From Bacillota bacterium (lineage in GTDB: Bacteria; Bacillota; UBA5301; Bu52), in the NCBI GenBank assembly GCA_014896355.1, contig JADBKO010000020.1:21852-85851 (forward strand): a DNA stretch of 64,000 nucleotides. The letters run 5' to 3'. Position numbers and translations under genes: made by a program. Shown here piece after piece: positions 1 to 10,699 of this stretch. Within the stretch, counting starts at the first letter, position 1; every line of letters begins with the position of its first letter. Under the pieces are notes generated by a model. That model did no database searches, was not told the DNA's origin, and saw nothing but the letters and a program-made list of their open reading frames with translations.

Positions 1-183
1 CCTACGGAGCGCAGCGTGTTCACGGTTTTGCGCTCCCCGCACATCGACAAGGATTCGCGGGAGCAGTTTGAGATGCGCACCCACAAACGGCTTGTAGATA
101 TTCTGGAGCCTACCGCAAAAACCGTGGACGACTTGATGCGGTTGGACCTCCCGGCCGGCGTGGACATTGAAATCAAGCTCTGA
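1..183 (+). CDS. rpsJ: 30S ribosomal protein S10, 5'-truncated by the window edge (C-terminal 60 aa)
   Basis: Frame 1 translates to ...[50 protein letters not shown], the typical S10 C-terminus, with a TGA stop at 181-183. It is followed directly by rplC. Confidence 0.9.
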   Translation, partial: PTERSVFTVLRSPHIDKDSREQFEMRTHKRLVDILEPTAKTVDDLMRLDLPAGVDIEIKL

Positions 184-202
184 GGGCGGGGAGGTGTAAC
201 CG

Positions 203-841
203 GTGCCAAAGGGAATTCTTGGACGCAAATTAGGCATGACACAGGTGTATGCCGAGGACGGCCGGGCCGTGCCCGTGACCGTCATCGAGGCCGGGCCGTG
301 TCCTGTGGTCCAGGTGAAGCGCAAGGAAACTGATGGGTATGAGGCGATCCAGCTGGGGTTCGACCCTGTTCCTGAAGCCCGGCTGAACAAGCCCGCCCGC
401 GGCCATCTGAGCAAGGCCAAGGTGAAGCCCCTGCGGGTTTTGCGCGAGCTGCGCGTGGAGGATGGCCAGTTCCCGGAGGTGGGCGCAGAGATCAAGGCCG
501 ATGTGTTCTCCGCCGGGGACCGGGTGGATGTCATCGGCACCAGCAAAGGCCGGGGCTTTCTGGGCGCAGTGGCCCGCCACCATTTCAACCGGGGTCCCAT
601 GTCCCACGGGTCCATGTACCACCGGCGGCCGGGCACAGGCGGAGCCACGGACCCCCAACGGGTGTTCAAAGGGCGCCGTTTGCCGGGCCGGGTGGGCAAT
701 GCCCGGGTCACGGTCCGAAACCTGCGCATTGAGCGGGTGGACCCGGAGCGTAATCTGATTCTGGTCCGCGGTGCTGTGCCAGGGGTGCGGGGGGCGTATG
801 TCCTTCTGCGTGCCGCACGGGCTGCCGCGAAGAAAGCCTGA
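203..841 (+). CDS. rplC: 50S ribosomal protein L3
   Basis: GTG start preceded by a GGAGG ribosome-binding site. Protein [16 protein letters not shown]... with typical L3 motifs. Confidence 0.95.
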   Translation: MPKGILGRKLGMTQVYAEDGRAVPVTVIEAGPCPVVQVKRKETDGYEAIQLGFDPVPEARLNKPARGHLSKAKVKPLRVLRELRVEDGQFPEVGAEIKADVFSAGDRVDVIGTSKGRGFLGAVARHHFNRGPMSHGSMYHRRPGTGGATDPQRVFKGRRLPGRVGNARVTVRNLRIERVDPERNLILVRGAVPGVRGAYVLLRAARAAAKKA

Positions 842-861
842 TGGCGGAAAGGAGGAAGGCC

Positions 862-1485
862 ATGCCCACCGTAGCTGTGTATAACGTGGAGGGGCAGCGA
901 GTGGGAGAGATCACCCTCAAGGACGAGATCTTCGCTGCCCCGCGCAATGACGCCGCGGTGCACCAAGTGGTCGTGGCCCAGTTGGCCAACCGCCGCCAGG
1001 GCACCGTGGATACGAAGACCCGCGCCGAGGTTTCCGGCGGCGGGCGCAAACCGTGGCGGCAGAAGGGAACGGGCCGGGCCCGGCAGGGAAGCATCCGTTC
1101 CCCTCTCTGGGTGGGAGGGGGCACTGTGTTCGGGCCCCATCCGAAGGACTATGATTACCGGATACCCAAGAAGGTGCGGCGTCTGGCGCTGTGCTCCGCC
1201 CTGTCGGCCAAGACCGGCGAGGGCAATCTGACGGTGGTGGACCAGCTGACCCTGCCGGAGGCGAAAACCCGGGCCATGGCGAAGGTGCTGTCCAACCTGA
1301 AGGCCCTGGATAAAACCTTGATCGTGCTCCGTGACCCCGATCCGGCGGTGCGCCGGGCCGCCGGGAATCTGCCCGGGGTGTGGACCACGGAGGCAGACAG
1401 CCTGAACGTGGTGGATCTGGTCAATCACGCCAAGGTGGTCATTACCCGGGACGCCGTGAGCCGCCTGGAGGAGGTGCTGGGATAA
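862..1485 (+). CDS. rplD: 50S ribosomal protein L4
   Basis: MPTVAVYNVEGQRVGEI... matches the L4 N-terminus. An AGGAGGAAGG site precedes the ATG at 862. An in-frame ATG at 841 overlapping the rplC stop is the alternative start. Confidence 0.9.
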   Translation: MPTVAVYNVEGQRVGEITLKDEIFAAPRNDAAVHQVVVAQLANRRQGTVDTKTRAEVSGGGRKPWRQKGTGRARQGSIRSPLWVGGGTVFGPHPKDYDYRIPKKVRRLALCSALSAKTGEGNLTVVDQLTLPEAKTRAMAKVLSNLKALDKTLIVLRDPDPAVRRAAGNLPGVWTTEADSLNVVDLVNHAKVVITRDAVSRLEEVLG

Positions 1486-1778
1486 TGCCAGCCACGCTCA
1501 GAGATGTGCTGCTCCGGCCGGTGGTGACCGAGAAAAGCACAGACCAGATGGGGAAAAACAACAAGTACACGTTCTATGTGGCGCCGGACGCCAACCGAAC
1601 CGAGGTCAAGCAGGCCGTGGAGAAGCTCTTCAAGGTGACGGTCCTCAAGGTGAACGTCATCCGGGGCGAGGGCAAGCGCAAGCGCCTGGGGCGGTATGAG
1701 GGCAAGCGCCCGGACTGGAAAAAGGCTGTTGTGACCTTGAAGCCCGGCGACCGGATCGGGATCTTCGAGGGCGTGTAG
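1485..1778 (+). CDS. rplW: 50S ribosomal protein L23
   Basis: [19 protein letters not shown]... is L23. The ATG overlaps the rplD TAA stop by 1 nt. Confidence 0.95.
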   Translation: MPATLRDVLLRPVVTEKSTDQMGKNNKYTFYVAPDANRTEVKQAVEKLFKVTVLKVNVIRGEGKRKRLGRYEGKRPDWKKAVVTLKPGDRIGIFEGV

Positions 1779-1789
1779 GAGGAGTGGCC

Positions 1790-2620
1790 ATGCCAATTCG
1801 CGAGTTCAAACCCGTCACGCCAGGCCGCCGCGGCATGAGTGTCGCCGACTTTTCGGGGTTGACCGCCCGCAAGCCGTACAAGCCGTTGACGCGGGCTCTG
1901 CGCAAGTCCGGCGGCCGCAACGCGGTGGGGCGGATCACGGTGCGTTTTCGGGGCGGCGGACACAAGCGCCGCTACCGGATTATCGACTTCCGGCGGGACA
2001 AGGACGGGATTCCGGCCCGGGTGGCTTCCATCGAGTATGATCCGAATCGCTCGGCCCGCATCGCCCTGCTGACCTATGCCGACGGGGAGAAGCGTTATAT
2101 TCTGGCTCCCGACGGCCTGGAGGTGGGTGCCCAGGTCATGTCTGGCCCCCAGGCGGACATCAAGGTGGGGAACACTCTGCCGTTGAGCAGCATCCCCGTG
2201 GGCACCACGGTGCACAATGTGGAGCTTTATCCGGGGCGCGGTGCGCAGCTGGTGCGGGCGGCCGGTGCCGGCGCCCAGCTGATGGCCAAGGAAGGCGGCT
2301 ACGCCACCCTGCGCCTGCCGTCCGGTGAAATGCGCATGGTGGATGAGCGCTGCCGGGCCACCATCGGCATGGTGGGGAACCTGGAACACGAGAACGTGAA
2401 GCTGGGCAAGGCAGGCCGGAAGCGCTGGCTGGGCCGCAGGCCCCATGTGCGCGGCGCGGTGATGAACCCTGTGGATCACCCCCATGGCGGCGGTGAGGGG
2501 CGGGCCCCTGTGGGGCATCCTTCGCCCATGACTCCCTGGGGTAAGCCTGCGCTGGGCTATCGTACGCGGGCACGCAACAAGAAGTCCAGCAAGTACATCG
2601 TGCACCGGCGTACCAAGTAA
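1790..2620 (+). CDS. rplB: 50S ribosomal protein L2
   Basis: [14 protein letters not shown]...[13 protein letters not shown]...HPHGGGEG are L2 signatures. GGAGG site upstream. The GTG at 1784 is an alternative start. Confidence 0.95.
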   Translation: MPIREFKPVTPGRRGMSVADFSGLTARKPYKPLTRALRKSGGRNAVGRITVRFRGGGHKRRYRIIDFRRDKDGIPARVASIEYDPNRSARIALLTYADGEKRYILAPDGLEVGAQVMSGPQADIKVGNTLPLSSIPVGTTVHNVELYPGRGAQLVRAAGAGAQLMAKEGGYATLRLPSGEMRMVDERCRATIGMVGNLEHENVKLGKAGRKRWLGRRPHVRGAVMNPVDHPHGGGEGRAPVGHPSPMTPWGKPALGYRTRARNKKSSKYIVHRRTK

Positions 2621-2640
2621 GAGGGAAGGGAGGGTTACCC

Positions 2641-2922
2641 GTGAGCCGTTCCTTGAAGAAAGGGCCCTATGTGGACCCCAAGCTGATGGCGAAGATCCAG
2701 GCCATGAACGAAAAAGGCGAGAAGCGGGTCATAAAGACGTGGTCACGGCGCTCTACCATCTTCCCTGAGTTCGTCAACCATACGTTGGCGGTTTACGATG
2801 GGCGCAAGCACGTGCCGGTTTATATCACCGAAGAAATGGTGGGGCACAAGCTGGGTGAGTTTGCCCCCACGCGTACCTTCCGTGGGCACGCAAAGAGCGA
2901 AAAGACGACGGCTGTGAAGTGA
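2641..2922 (+). CDS. rpsS: 30S ribosomal protein S19
   Basis: [19 protein letters not shown]...[13 protein letters not shown] is S19. Confidence 0.95.
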   Translation: MSRSLKKGPYVDPKLMAKIQAMNEKGEKRVIKTWSRRSTIFPEFVNHTLAVYDGRKHVPVYITEEMVGHKLGEFAPTRTFRGHAKSEKTTAVK

Positions 2923-2968
2923 CCACGGTGAGGGACACGGCCGGACGGGTGAAGGGAGAGACCGGGCG

Positions 2969-3310
2969 ATGGAAGCGAAAGCAGTGGCCCGCTATGTGCG
3001 GGTGACTCCGCGCAAGGCCCGGCAGATGGTGGACGTCATCCGGGGGCGATCCTATCGGGAGGCCCTGCAGCTGCTGCAGTTCATGCCGAAAGATGCCGCT
3101 GGGATCGTGGCCAAGGTGGTGCGATCCGCCGGGGCCAATGCGGAGAACAATTTGGAATTGGATCCTGACAATCTGGTGGTGGCCGCAGCCTTCGTGAATC
3201 AGGGGCCGAGCTTGAAGCGGTTCATGCCGAAGGCGCGGGGACGGGCTGACCGGATCCGGAAGAGAACCAGCCACATCACCATCATTCTAAAGGAGAAGAA
3301 GGAGGGTTAA
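2969..3310 (+). CDS. rplV: 50S ribosomal protein L22
   Basis: [33 protein letters not shown]... is L22. Confidence 0.95.
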   Translation: MEAKAVARYVRVTPRKARQMVDVIRGRSYREALQLLQFMPKDAAGIVAKVVRSAGANAENNLELDPDNLVVAAAFVNQGPSLKRFMPKARGRADRIRKRTSHITIILKEKKEG

Positions 3311-3312
3311 GC

Positions 3313-4131
3313 ATGGGGCACAAGGTGCACCCAGGCGGCCTCCGCCTCGGAATCATCCGGGACTGGGATGCGCGCTGGTTCGCCGACAAGAAGGCCTATG
3401 TGGACCTGCTGCACGAGGATCTGCGCATCCGCCGTTTCCTGAAATCCCGCTTCAGCGCCGCCGGCGTGTCGCGGATCCTCATTGAGCGGGCTGCTGAGCG
3501 GGTGAAGGTCACCTTGTTCACCGCCCGCCCGGGAATGGTCATCGGCAAGGGCGGGACCGAAGTGGACAAGGTCCGCAAGGACCTGGAGACCCTGATCGGC
3601 AAACGGGTCAACATCGAGATCATGGAGATCAAAGTGCCGGAGCTGGACGCCCAACTGGTGGCGGAGAGCATCGCGCAGCAGCTGGAGCGGCGTATCTCCT
3701 TCCGCCGGGCCATGAAGCAGGCCATGCAGCGCACCATGCGGGCAGGGGCCCAGGGTATCAAGACCGCTGTATCCGGCCGGCTGGGCGGGGCGGAAATCGC
3801 CCGCAGCGAGTGGTTTGCCGAGGGGAAGGTTCCCCTGCACACCTTGCGGGCGGACGTGGATTACGGGTATGCCATCGCCCGCACCACGTATGGCGTGATC
3901 GGCGTCAAGTGCTGGATTTACAAGGGCGAGGTGCTCGGCGGCAAGAAGATGACCGCCGCCGATGAGGCTGCCAGCGGGCAGCCGCTGCCGCGTTCCCGGC
4001 GGGGAGAGCGTGCGGACCGGGGCGCCCGCGGTGAGCGACGCGAACGGGGCGCGCGGCCGGAGCATCCGGCTGCGGCGCCGGCGGAAGCAGGGAAGGCGGT
4101 GACTGCCGATGCTGGCACCGAAGCGCGTTAA
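3313..4131 (+). CDS. rpsC: 30S ribosomal protein S3, with an Arg/Gly-rich C-terminal tail
   Basis: [24 protein letters not shown]... shows the S3 KH and S3-C domains. The last ~60 aa are Arg/Gly/Glu-rich low complexity. Confidence 0.95.
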   Translation: MGHKVHPGGLRLGIIRDWDARWFADKKAYVDLLHEDLRIRRFLKSRFSAAGVSRILIERAAERVKVTLFTARPGMVIGKGGTEVDKVRKDLETLIGKRVNIEIMEIKVPELDAQLVAESIAQQLERRISFRRAMKQAMQRTMRAGAQGIKTAVSGRLGGAEIARSEWFAEGKVPLHTLRADVDYGYAIARTTYGVIGVKCWIYKGEVLGGKKMTAADEAASGQPLPRSRRGERADRGARGERRERGARPEHPAAAPAEAGKAVTADAGTEAR

Positions 4132-4537
4132 GTACCGCAAGCAGCAGCGCGGCCGCATGAAGGGGCTGGCTACGCGCGGAAACGAGATCCTTTTTGGGGA
4201 ATATGGGCTGCAGGCCACTGAGCCCGGGTGGGTCACCAGCACCCAGATCGAGGCGGCCCGTATTGCCATGACCCGCTATATCAAGCGGGGCGGCAAGGTC
4301 TGGATCAAGATCTTCCCGGACAAACCGGTGACTGCGAAGCCTGCCGAAACCCGTATGGGTAGCGGCAAGGGCACACCGGAATACTGGGTGGCCGTGGTCA
4401 AGCCGGGCCGGGTTTTGTTCGAGATCGCGGGGGTGCCCGAGGACGTGGCCCAGGAGGCCATGCGGCTGGCTTCACACAAGCTGCCCATCCGGTCACGCTT
4501 CGTGGCCCGGGCCCAAGCGGGTGGTGAGGGCTCATGA
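4109..4537 (+). CDS. rplP: 50S ribosomal protein L16
   Basis: [19 protein letters not shown]... is L16. Overlaps the rpsC 3' end by 23 nt. Confidence 0.95.
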   Translation: MLAPKRVKYRKQQRGRMKGLATRGNEILFGEYGLQATEPGWVTSTQIEAARIAMTRYIKRGGKVWIKIFPDKPVTAKPAETRMGSGKGTPEYWVAVVKPGRVLFEIAGVPEDVAQEAMRLASHKLPIRSRFVARAQAGGEGS

Positions 4538-4743
4538 AAATGCGGGAAATCCGGGACATGACGGATGAAGAACTGCAGCGCAAGCTGGCAGATCTGAAGG
4601 AAGAGCTGTTCAACCTGCGGTTCCAACTGCACATGAACCAGCTGGACAATCCCATGCGGATGCGGGAGGTCCGCCACAGCATCGCGCAAGTGAAGACCGT
4701 CCTGCGTGAACGCGAGCTGGGCCTGCGGGCCATGGGGCAATAA
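4534..4743 (+). CDS. rpmC: 50S ribosomal protein L29
   Basis: [31 protein letters not shown]... is L29. Confidence 0.95.
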   Translation: MKMREIRDMTDEELQRKLADLKEELFNLRFQLHMNQLDNPMRMREVRHSIAQVKTVLRERELGLRAMGQ

Positions 4744-4755
4744 GGAGGGGTGGCG

Positions 4756-5031
4756 ATGGAACAGGCAGCGCAAACCGGTGCCCGACCGCAGCGGAAGACG
4801 CGGGTCGGCATCGTGGTCAGCGACAAGATGGATAAGACCCGGGTGGTGGAAGTCACCCGGAGGGTGCAGCACCCCCTCTACGGCAAGACCATTACGCGGA
4901 CCAGCCGGTTGAAGGCCCACGACGAAGCCAACGAGACTCACGTGGGAGACCGGGTGCGGGTCATGGAGACCCGGCCCCTGAGCCGTGAGAAGCGCTGGCG
5001 CGTGGTGGAGATCCTGGAACGGGCCCGCTGA
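4756..5031 (+). CDS. rpsQ: 30S ribosomal protein S17
   Basis: ...[32 protein letters not shown]... is S17. AAGGAGGGG site before the ATG at 4756. The GTG at 4750 is an alternative start. Confidence 0.9.
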   Translation: MEQAAQTGARPQRKTRVGIVVSDKMDKTRVVEVTRRVQHPLYGKTITRTSRLKAHDEANETHVGDRVRVMETRPLSREKRWRVVEILERAR

Positions 5032-5073
5032 TGTGCTTCCCCGCAGCCGGCGGGGATGAAAGGGGGGCGGAGA

Positions 5074-5442
5074 ATGATACAGCAGGAAACACGGCTGAAT
5101 GTGGCCGATAATTCCGGGGCCCGGGAATTGTTGTGCATCCGGGTGCTGGGAGGGTCCAAGCGGAAATATGCGTCTGTGGGCGATGTGATCATCGCCTCGG
5201 TGAAGTCCGCGGCGCCCGGCGGGATTGTGAAAAAGGGCGAGGTCGTGCGGGCGGTGGTGGTGCGGACGGCCAAGGAGTACAGGCGGCCGGATGGCTCGTA
5301 TATCCGGTTTGACGACAATGCCGCCGTGATCATCAACGACCAGGGGAACCCCCGGGGAACGCGCATTTTTGGCCCCGTGGCCCGCGAGCTCCGCGACAAG
5401 GACTACATGAAGATCATTTCCCTGGCGCCGGAAGTGCTCTAA
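5074..5442 (+). CDS. rplN: 50S ribosomal protein L14
   Basis: [28 protein letters not shown]... is L14. Start taken at the internal ATG that follows the AAAGGGGGG site. Confidence 0.95.
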   Translation: MIQQETRLNVADNSGARELLCIRVLGGSKRKYASVGDVIIASVKSAAPGGIVKKGEVVRAVVVRTAKEYRRPDGSYIRFDDNAAVIINDQGNPRGTRIFGPVARELRDKDYMKIISLAPEVL

Positions 5443-5461
5443 GCCCGGGGAGGTGCGAAAG

Positions 5462-5782
5462 ATGGCTGTGAAGATGCACGTAAAAAAGAACGATACGGTG
5501 AAGATCCTCTCCGGGAAGGACCGCGGGAAGACCGGCAAGGTGCTGCAGGTCCTGCCTGCGGAACGGCGTGTCGTGGTGGAAGGCATCAACATCATCAGGC
5601 GCCATACCCGTCCGTCCCGGGAGAACCCCCAGGGCGGGGTGGTGGAGCGGCCGGCGCCGCTGGCTGCTTCCAAGGTCATGGTCATCTGCCCCAGCTGCAA
5701 CGAGCCGACCCGGGTGGGTTGGAGCCGCGGCGAAGAGGGCGCGGCCCGGGTGTGTGCCAAGTGCGGCAAGACTATGGACTGA
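5462..5782 (+). CDS. rplX: 50S ribosomal protein L24, with a C-terminal Cys4 zinc-ribbon extension
   Basis: MAVKMHVKKNDTVKILSGKDRGKTGKV... is L24 (KOW domain). The C-terminus carries CPSC...CAKC. GGGGAGG site 8 nt upstream of the ATG. Confidence 0.9.
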   Translation: MAVKMHVKKNDTVKILSGKDRGKTGKVLQVLPAERRVVVEGINIIRRHTRPSRENPQGGVVERPAPLAASKVMVICPSCNEPTRVGWSRGEEGAARVCAKCGKTMD

Positions 5783-5803
5783 TGGCGGAAGGAGGTGCGG
5801 TCA

Positions 5804-6346
5804 TTGGCCCAACGCCTGCGGGAAAAGTATGAAAAAGACGTGGTCCCTGCCCTGAAGGAGCGTTTCAAGTACGAGAACCCCATGCAGGTGCCAAAGGTGG
5901 CGAAGGTGGTTCTCAACATGGGTGTGGGCGAGGCCACCCAGGATGCCAAGGCCATTGATGGAGCAGTGAAGGATCTGACCGCCATCAGCGGGCAGAAGCC
6001 TGTGGTCCGCAAGGCGCGGACCTCCATTGCGGCCTTCAAGGTGCGCGCCGGCCAGCCGGTGGGAGCCATGGTGACCCTGCGCGGGGACCGGATGTACGAT
6101 TTTCTGGATAAGTTGTTCAACCTGGCGCTGCCCCGGATCCGGGACTTCCGCGGGGTGTCGCCGAAGTCCTTTGACGGCCGCGGGAATTACAGCCTGGGCG
6201 TGAAGGAGCAGCTGATCTTTCCGGAGATCAACTACGACGACGTGGACGCCGTGCGCGGCATGGACATCACCATCGTGACCACGGCGCGGACGGACGAGGA
6301 AGCTTTTGAACTGCTGAAGGGGCTCGGGATGCCCTTCCGCAGCTGA
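5804..6346 (+). CDS. rplE: 50S ribosomal protein L5
   Basis: [31 protein letters not shown]... aligns to the L5 N-terminus (MNRLKEKY...). The TTG at 5804 lies 9 nt after an AGGAGG site. The GTG at 5795 is an alternative start. Confidence 0.85.
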   Translation: MAQRLREKYEKDVVPALKERFKYENPMQVPKVAKVVLNMGVGEATQDAKAIDGAVKDLTAISGQKPVVRKARTSIAAFKVRAGQPVGAMVTLRGDRMYDFLDKLFNLALPRIRDFRGVSPKSFDGRGNYSLGVKEQLIFPEINYDDVDAVRGMDITIVTTARTDEEAFELLKGLGMPFRS

Positions 6347-6380
6347 CGGGAGATGCTGACGGAGACAAGGGGGATGGCAG

Positions 6381-6566
6381 GTGGCGAAGAAATCGCTGAT
6401 CAACAAAGCCGCTCGGCCCCAGAAATTCGCGGTCCGCAAGTACAATCGCTGCCGGATCTGCGGCCGGCCCCGCGCCTACATGCGGCGCTTCGGCATGTGC
6501 CGGCTGTGTTTCCGCGAACTGGCCCACCGGGGCGAGATTCCCGGGGTCACCAAAGCGAGCTGGTAG
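6381..6566 (+). CDS. rpsN: 30S ribosomal protein S14, type Z (zinc-binding)
   Basis: [61 protein letters not shown] has the Cys4 pattern of S14-Z. GTG start. Confidence 0.9.
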   Translation: MAKKSLINKAARPQKFAVRKYNRCRICGRPRAYMRRFGMCRLCFRELAHRGEIPGVTKASW

Positions 6567-6599
6567 GGTTGTCCGGTCCAGCAGGAAGGAGGGGTCGCA

Positions 6600-6998
6600 G
6601 TGGCGATGACGGACCCAATTGCCGATATGTTGACGCGTATCCGCAATGCCAGCCATGCCGCGCATCCGTCGGTGGACGTGCCGGCATCCCGGATGAAGAA
6701 GGAGCTGGCCCGGGTCTTCAAGGAAGAAGGCTACGTGCGGGACGTGGAATTCATCGACGATAAAAAGCAGGGGACCATCCGGATCTACCTGCGTTACGGG
6801 CCGCAGAAGAAGCCCGTCCTGACCGGTGTTCGGCGCATCAGCAAGCCCGGGCGGCGGGTCTATGTTGGGCGTGACGAAATTCCGCGGGTTTTGGGAGGCC
6901 TGGGCGTGGCGGTGATCTCCACCTCCCAAGGCATCATGACCGACCGCGAGGCCCGCAAGCGCGGCATAGGCGGGGAAGTTCTGTTTTACGTTTGGTAG
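6600..6998 (+). CDS. rpsH: 30S ribosomal protein S8
   Basis: [17 protein letters not shown]... is S8. AGGAGG site upstream. Confidence 0.95.
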   Translation: MAMTDPIADMLTRIRNASHAAHPSVDVPASRMKKELARVFKEEGYVRDVEFIDDKKQGTIRIYLRYGPQKKPVLTGVRRISKPGRRVYVGRDEIPRVLGGLGVAVISTSQGIMTDREARKRGIGGEVLFYVW

Positions 6999-7025
6999 TG
7001 TCGGCCCGGTCAGGAGGTGGCAGTC

Positions 7026-7577
7026 ATGTCGCGAATCGGAAAGAAACCGGTGCCGGTTCCTGCCTCGGTGAACGTGGTCGTGGACGGGAACACGGTGACC
7101 GTAAAAGGGCCCAAGGGAACCCTCACGCAGACCTTCCATCCGGATATGCGGGTGGAGGTCCAGGGGAACGAGATTCACGTGCTCCGGCCTTCCGACGAGA
7201 AGGAGCACCGGGCCTTGCACGGGCTGACCCGCAGCCTCATCGCCAATATGGTCCAGGGGGTCACCCAGGGGTATCAGAAGGGCCTGGAGATCGTGGGCGT
7301 AGGCTACCGGGCCGCCAAACAGGGCAACAAGCTGGTGCTGAGCGTCGGCTATTCGCACCCTGTGGAGATCGATCCCCCGCAGGGAATCCAGATCGAGGTG
7401 CCGGCGCCCACCAAGATCACCGTTTCAGGGATCGACAAGCAGCTGGTGGGCCAGACGGCCGCCCGCATCCGGGCGATCCGGGAGCCGGAACCCTATCTGG
7501 GCAAGGGGATCCGTTACGAGGGCGAGTTGGTGCGGCGCAAGGCTGGGAAGGCCGGTGCCAAGGGCGCCAAGAAATAA
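7026..7577 (+). CDS. rplF: 50S ribosomal protein L6
   Basis: [31 protein letters not shown]... is L6. AGGAGG site upstream. The GTG at 7017 is an alternative start. Confidence 0.9.
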   Translation: MSRIGKKPVPVPASVNVVVDGNTVTVKGPKGTLTQTFHPDMRVEVQGNEIHVLRPSDEKEHRALHGLTRSLIANMVQGVTQGYQKGLEIVGVGYRAAKQGNKLVLSVGYSHPVEIDPPQGIQIEVPAPTKITVSGIDKQLVGQTAARIRAIREPEPYLGKGIRYEGELVRRKAGKAGAKGAKK

Positions 7578-7595
7578 ACAAGGCAGGTGGGAACG

Positions 7596-7961
7596 GTGAT
7601 TAAGGGATTCGACCGCAAGCGGCAACGGCTCCGCCGCCACCTGCGCGTGCGCAAACGGGTGGTGGGCAGTGCGGAGCGGCCCCGCCTGGCTGTGAGCCGG
7701 TCGTTGAAGCACATTTACGCCCAGCTCATCGATGACAGCGCCGGGCGGACCCTGCTGGCAGTCTCCAGCCTGGACAAGGAACTCCGGGGCCAGGTGGACG
7801 GCGGCAACGTGGAGGGCGCCCGCATGGTGGGGGACTTGTTGGCGAAGCGGGCTTTAGCCGCAGGCTTGAAGTCGGTGGTTTTCGACCGGGGTGGCAATGC
7901 CTATCACGGCCGGGTTCAGGCCCTGGCCGAAGCAGCCCGCGAAGGCGGACTGGAGTTTTGA
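7596..7961 (+). CDS. rplR: 50S ribosomal protein L18
   Basis: [46 protein letters not shown]... is L18. GTG start at 7596. The GTG at 7587 is an alternative. Confidence 0.85.
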   Translation: MIKGFDRKRQRLRRHLRVRKRVVGSAERPRLAVSRSLKHIYAQLIDDSAGRTLLAVSSLDKELRGQVDGGNVEGARMVGDLLAKRALAAGLKSVVFDRGGNAYHGRVQALAEAAREGGLEF

Positions 7962-7987
7962 AGCGACGCGAAAGGAGGGTGAGCTTG

Positions 7988-8557
7988 GTGCCGCGTCAGG
8001 ATAAGGACAGCACCCGTCCGGAGCGCGGGCGGGATCGTGACCGCGACCGGGACAGCGCCCTTGGGCGCCGCGATGGCGGCAAGGGCGATCTGGAGGAAAA
8101 AGTCGTGGCCATCAATGCCGTGTCCAAGACCGTCAAGGGCGGACGCAGCCGCAGCTTCAGCGCCCTGGTGGTGGTGGGTGACCGGCAGGGCAAAGTGGGC
8201 GTAGGGCTGGGCAAGGCCCGGGAAGTTTCCGACGCCATCCGCAAGGGCGTGGATGACGCCAAGAAGAACATGATGGAGCTGACCATGGTGGGAACCACCA
8301 TTCCGCACCAGGTGATCGGTGAGTTTGGTGCAGGGATGGTGCTCATGCGCCCGGCGCCGCGGGGAACCGGGGTCATCGCCGGTGGCCCGGTCCGTGCCGT
8401 GCTGGAGCTGGGCGGGGTGAAGGATATCACCACCAAGTCGCTGGGATCCTCCAACCCCATCAACATGGTGCGCGCCACGGTGGCCGGACTGAAGAGCCTG
8501 CGAAAAGCGGAAGATGTGGCACGCATGCGCGGGAAGAGCGTGGAAGAGATCCTTTAG
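7988..8557 (+). CDS. rpsE: 30S ribosomal protein S5, with an N-terminal RD-repeat extension
   Basis: ...[30 protein letters not shown]...[19 protein letters not shown] is S5. An AAGGAGGG site at 7972-7979 precedes GTG/TTG candidates at 7979, 7985 and 7988. N-terminal tail [13 protein letters not shown]. Confidence 0.85.
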   Translation: MPRQDKDSTRPERGRDRDRDRDSALGRRDGGKGDLEEKVVAINAVSKTVKGGRSRSFSALVVVGDRQGKVGVGLGKAREVSDAIRKGVDDAKKNMMELTMVGTTIPHQVIGEFGAGMVLMRPAPRGTGVIAGGPVRAVLELGGVKDITTKSLGSSNPINMVRATVAGLKSLRKAEDVARMRGKSVEEIL

Positions 8558-8568
8558 GGGGATGCGCT

Positions 8569-8880
8569 GTGGCCAAGAAGATCAAGATTTCGTTGGTGCG
8601 CAGTGCCGCCAATCTGCCCCGGGATCAACAGGACACCGTGCGGTCCCTGGGATTGCGGCGCACGCGGGCCAGTGTCATCAAAGAGGATACCCCGGCCATC
8701 CGGGGCATGATCCAGAAGATCCACCACCTGGTGGAAGTGGCCCCGGTGGATGAAAGCCAAGTGGAGGGTGCCCCGGCTCCGGCAGCCAAGGCGGCGACTC
8801 CCAAAGCGGCAACCGAAGCCGGGGCTGTGGCACCCGCGGCCAAGGCCCCAGCCGGCGGGGCCGGGGGCCAGCAGGCGTAG
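8569..8880 (+). CDS. rpmD: 50S ribosomal protein L30, with an Ala/Pro/Lys-rich C-terminal tail
   Basis: MAKKIKISLVRSAANLPRDQQDTVRSLGLRRTRASVIKEDTPAIRGMIQKIHHLVEV is L30. It is followed by ~45 aa of APAAKA-type low complexity. Confidence 0.85.
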   Translation: MAKKIKISLVRSAANLPRDQQDTVRSLGLRRTRASVIKEDTPAIRGMIQKIHHLVEVAPVDESQVEGAPAPAAKAATPKAATEAGAVAPAAKAPAGGAGGQQA

Positions 8881-8959
8881 GGTTGGTTGATTCAGGGCCG
8901 GGGCGCCCATTCCTGGCGGCAGGCAGGGGCCCGCAGGCCCGGTCTGGGAGGGACGTTTC

Positions 8960-9406
8960 ATGCGAATGCACGACTTGCACCCCGCCCCGGGTTCGCGCCG
9001 TGAGCGCCGCCGCGTCGGGCGGGGGATCGGGTCTGGAATGGGGAAGACCGCGACGAAGGGGAGCAAGGGCCAGTTGGCCCGTTCCGGGGGCGGCAAGGGG
9101 CCGGCCTTTGAGGGCGGCCAGACGCCGCTTTACCGGCGGCTCCCGAAGCGGGGCTTCAAGAATTTCCCCTTCAAGAAGGAGTATGCCATCGTGAATGTGG
9201 AGGATCTGGAGCGCCTGCCCCAGGACGTGCGGGAGGCCACTCCGGAGACGCTGTTGGCCGCAGGCATCATCCGTGATCTGAAGGACGGGGTCAAGGTTCT
9301 CGGCGACGGAGAGTTGAAGCGGGCGCTGAAGGTGCGGGTGCACCGGGTCTCGGAATCTGCCGCCCAGAAAATTGCTGCCGCCGGCGGCACCGTCGAGGTG
9401 ATCTGA
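8960..9406 (+). CDS. rplO: 50S ribosomal protein L15
   Basis: [31 protein letters not shown]... is L15. GGAGGG site 8 nt upstream. Confidence 0.95.
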   Translation: MRMHDLHPAPGSRRERRRVGRGIGSGMGKTATKGSKGQLARSGGGKGPAFEGGQTPLYRRLPKRGFKNFPFKKEYAIVNVEDLERLPQDVREATPETLLAAGIIRDLKDGVKVLGDGELKRALKVRVHRVSESAAQKIAAAGGTVEVI

Positions 9407-9407
9407 G

Positions 9408-10664
9408 GTGCAACCGCTAGCTGTCATTCAAAACGCGTTCCGCATCGAGGATCTGCGGCGCAAGATCCTGATTACCCTGGCACTTCTGGCGGTGTACCGC
9501 GTCGGCTCCTACATCCCTGTGCCCGGGGTGGACACCGCGGGCCTGCAGGCGCTGTTTGGGGCTGGCAGCCTGTTCGGGCTGCTGGACCTGTTCTCCGGCG
9601 GCGCCTTGACGCGTTTCAGCATTTTCGCCCTGGGTGTGAACCCGTATATCACCGCCTCCATCATTCTGCAGATGTTGACGGTGGTTATTCCCAAGCTGGA
9701 GGAGATGGCCAAAGAGGGCGTGGAGGGCCGCAAGAAGATTCAGCAGTACACCCGCTACGGCACGGTGCTGCTGGGAGTCATCCAGGCCTACGGCACAGTG
9801 CTCTACGCCCGCAACTACATTGCCAATTACACGTTTTTCACGGTGCTGAACATGATCGTCGCCTTGACGGCCGGCACCATGTTCCTGATGTGGCTGGGCG
9901 AGAAGATCTCGGAGAAGGGCATCGGCAACGGGGTTTCCTTGATCATCTTCGCCAGCATCGTCTCCCGGATTCCCCAGATGGGGGCGTCCCTGGCGGCCGG
10001 CGTGGGCCAGGGAGGCGTCAGCGCGTTTTCCATCGCGGCCTTTCTGCTGTTGGCTGTGGTCATCATCGGCGGCGTGGTGCTGATGCAGGAGGGCCAGCGC
10101 CGCATCCCGGTGCAATATGCCAAGCGCATGGTGGGGCGCAGGATGTATGGCGGGCAGAGCACCCACATTCCGCTGCGGGTGAATTCCGCCGGCGTCATCC
10201 CGGTGATTTTCGCTGCGTCGGTGCTGGCGTTTCCCACGACGCTGGCCATGTTCGCCCCCAGCCTGACATGGCTGGAGCACATCCTGGACGGGCGCAGCTT
10301 TTTCTACAACCTGATCTATGTGCTGTTGGTGGTGTTCTTCACCTACTTCTACACGGCCATCACCTTCAATCCCCAGAAGGTCTCTGATGACATGAAGAAG
10401 TACGGCGGGTTCATCCCGGGCATCCGGCCGGGCCGGCCCACCAGCGAGTTTCTGGAGAAGGTGCTGGTGCGCATCACCTTGGTGGGGGCCATCTTCCTGG
10501 GAATCATCGCCATCCTGCCGGCGCTGACCACGGCGGTGTTCCGCCTGCCACAGATTTACTTCGGCGGTACGTCGCTCCTGATCATGGTGGGGGTGGCCCT
10601 GGACACCATGAAGCAGGTGGAAGCCCAGCTGCTGATGCGCAACTACGAAGGCTTCATCAAGTGA
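9408..10664 (+). CDS. secY: preprotein translocase subunit SecY
   Basis: 418 aa, multi-transmembrane. MQPLAVIQNAFRIEDLRRKILITLALLAVYRVGSYIPVPGVD... is the canonical SecY N-terminus. Confidence 0.95.
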   Translation: MQPLAVIQNAFRIEDLRRKILITLALLAVYRVGSYIPVPGVDTAGLQALFGAGSLFGLLDLFSGGALTRFSIFALGVNPYITASIILQMLTVVIPKLEEMAKEGVEGRKKIQQYTRYGTVLLGVIQAYGTVLYARNYIANYTFFTVLNMIVALTAGTMFLMWLGEKISEKGIGNGVSLIIFASIVSRIPQMGASLAAGVGQGGVSAFSIAAFLLLAVVIIGGVVLMQEGQRRIPVQYAKRMVGRRMYGGQSTHIPLRVNSAGVIPVIFAASVLAFPTTLAMFAPSLTWLEHILDGRSFFYNLIYVLLVVFFTYFYTAITFNPQKVSDDMKKYGGFIPGIRPGRPTSEFLEKVLVRITLVGAIFLGIIAILPALTTAVFRLPQIYFGGTSLLIMVGVALDTMKQVEAQLLMRNYEGFIK

Positions 10665-10699
10665 GGAATTCCATGGGCGGCAGGCGGGAGGCGGAAGGC

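Noticed and set aside
4276-6120. Long antisense ORF (614 aa, minus strand) and many similar minus-strand ORFs, such as 12141-13943, 15299-16195, 16725-17921, 19696-21153, 27243-28673, 34430-36085 and 47100-48098.
   Set aside because: Each lies fully antisense to a well-supported, highly conserved + strand gene. Their translations are Arg/Pro/Gly/Ala-rich with no domain features, which is typical of open frames arising by chance in ~70% GC DNA.
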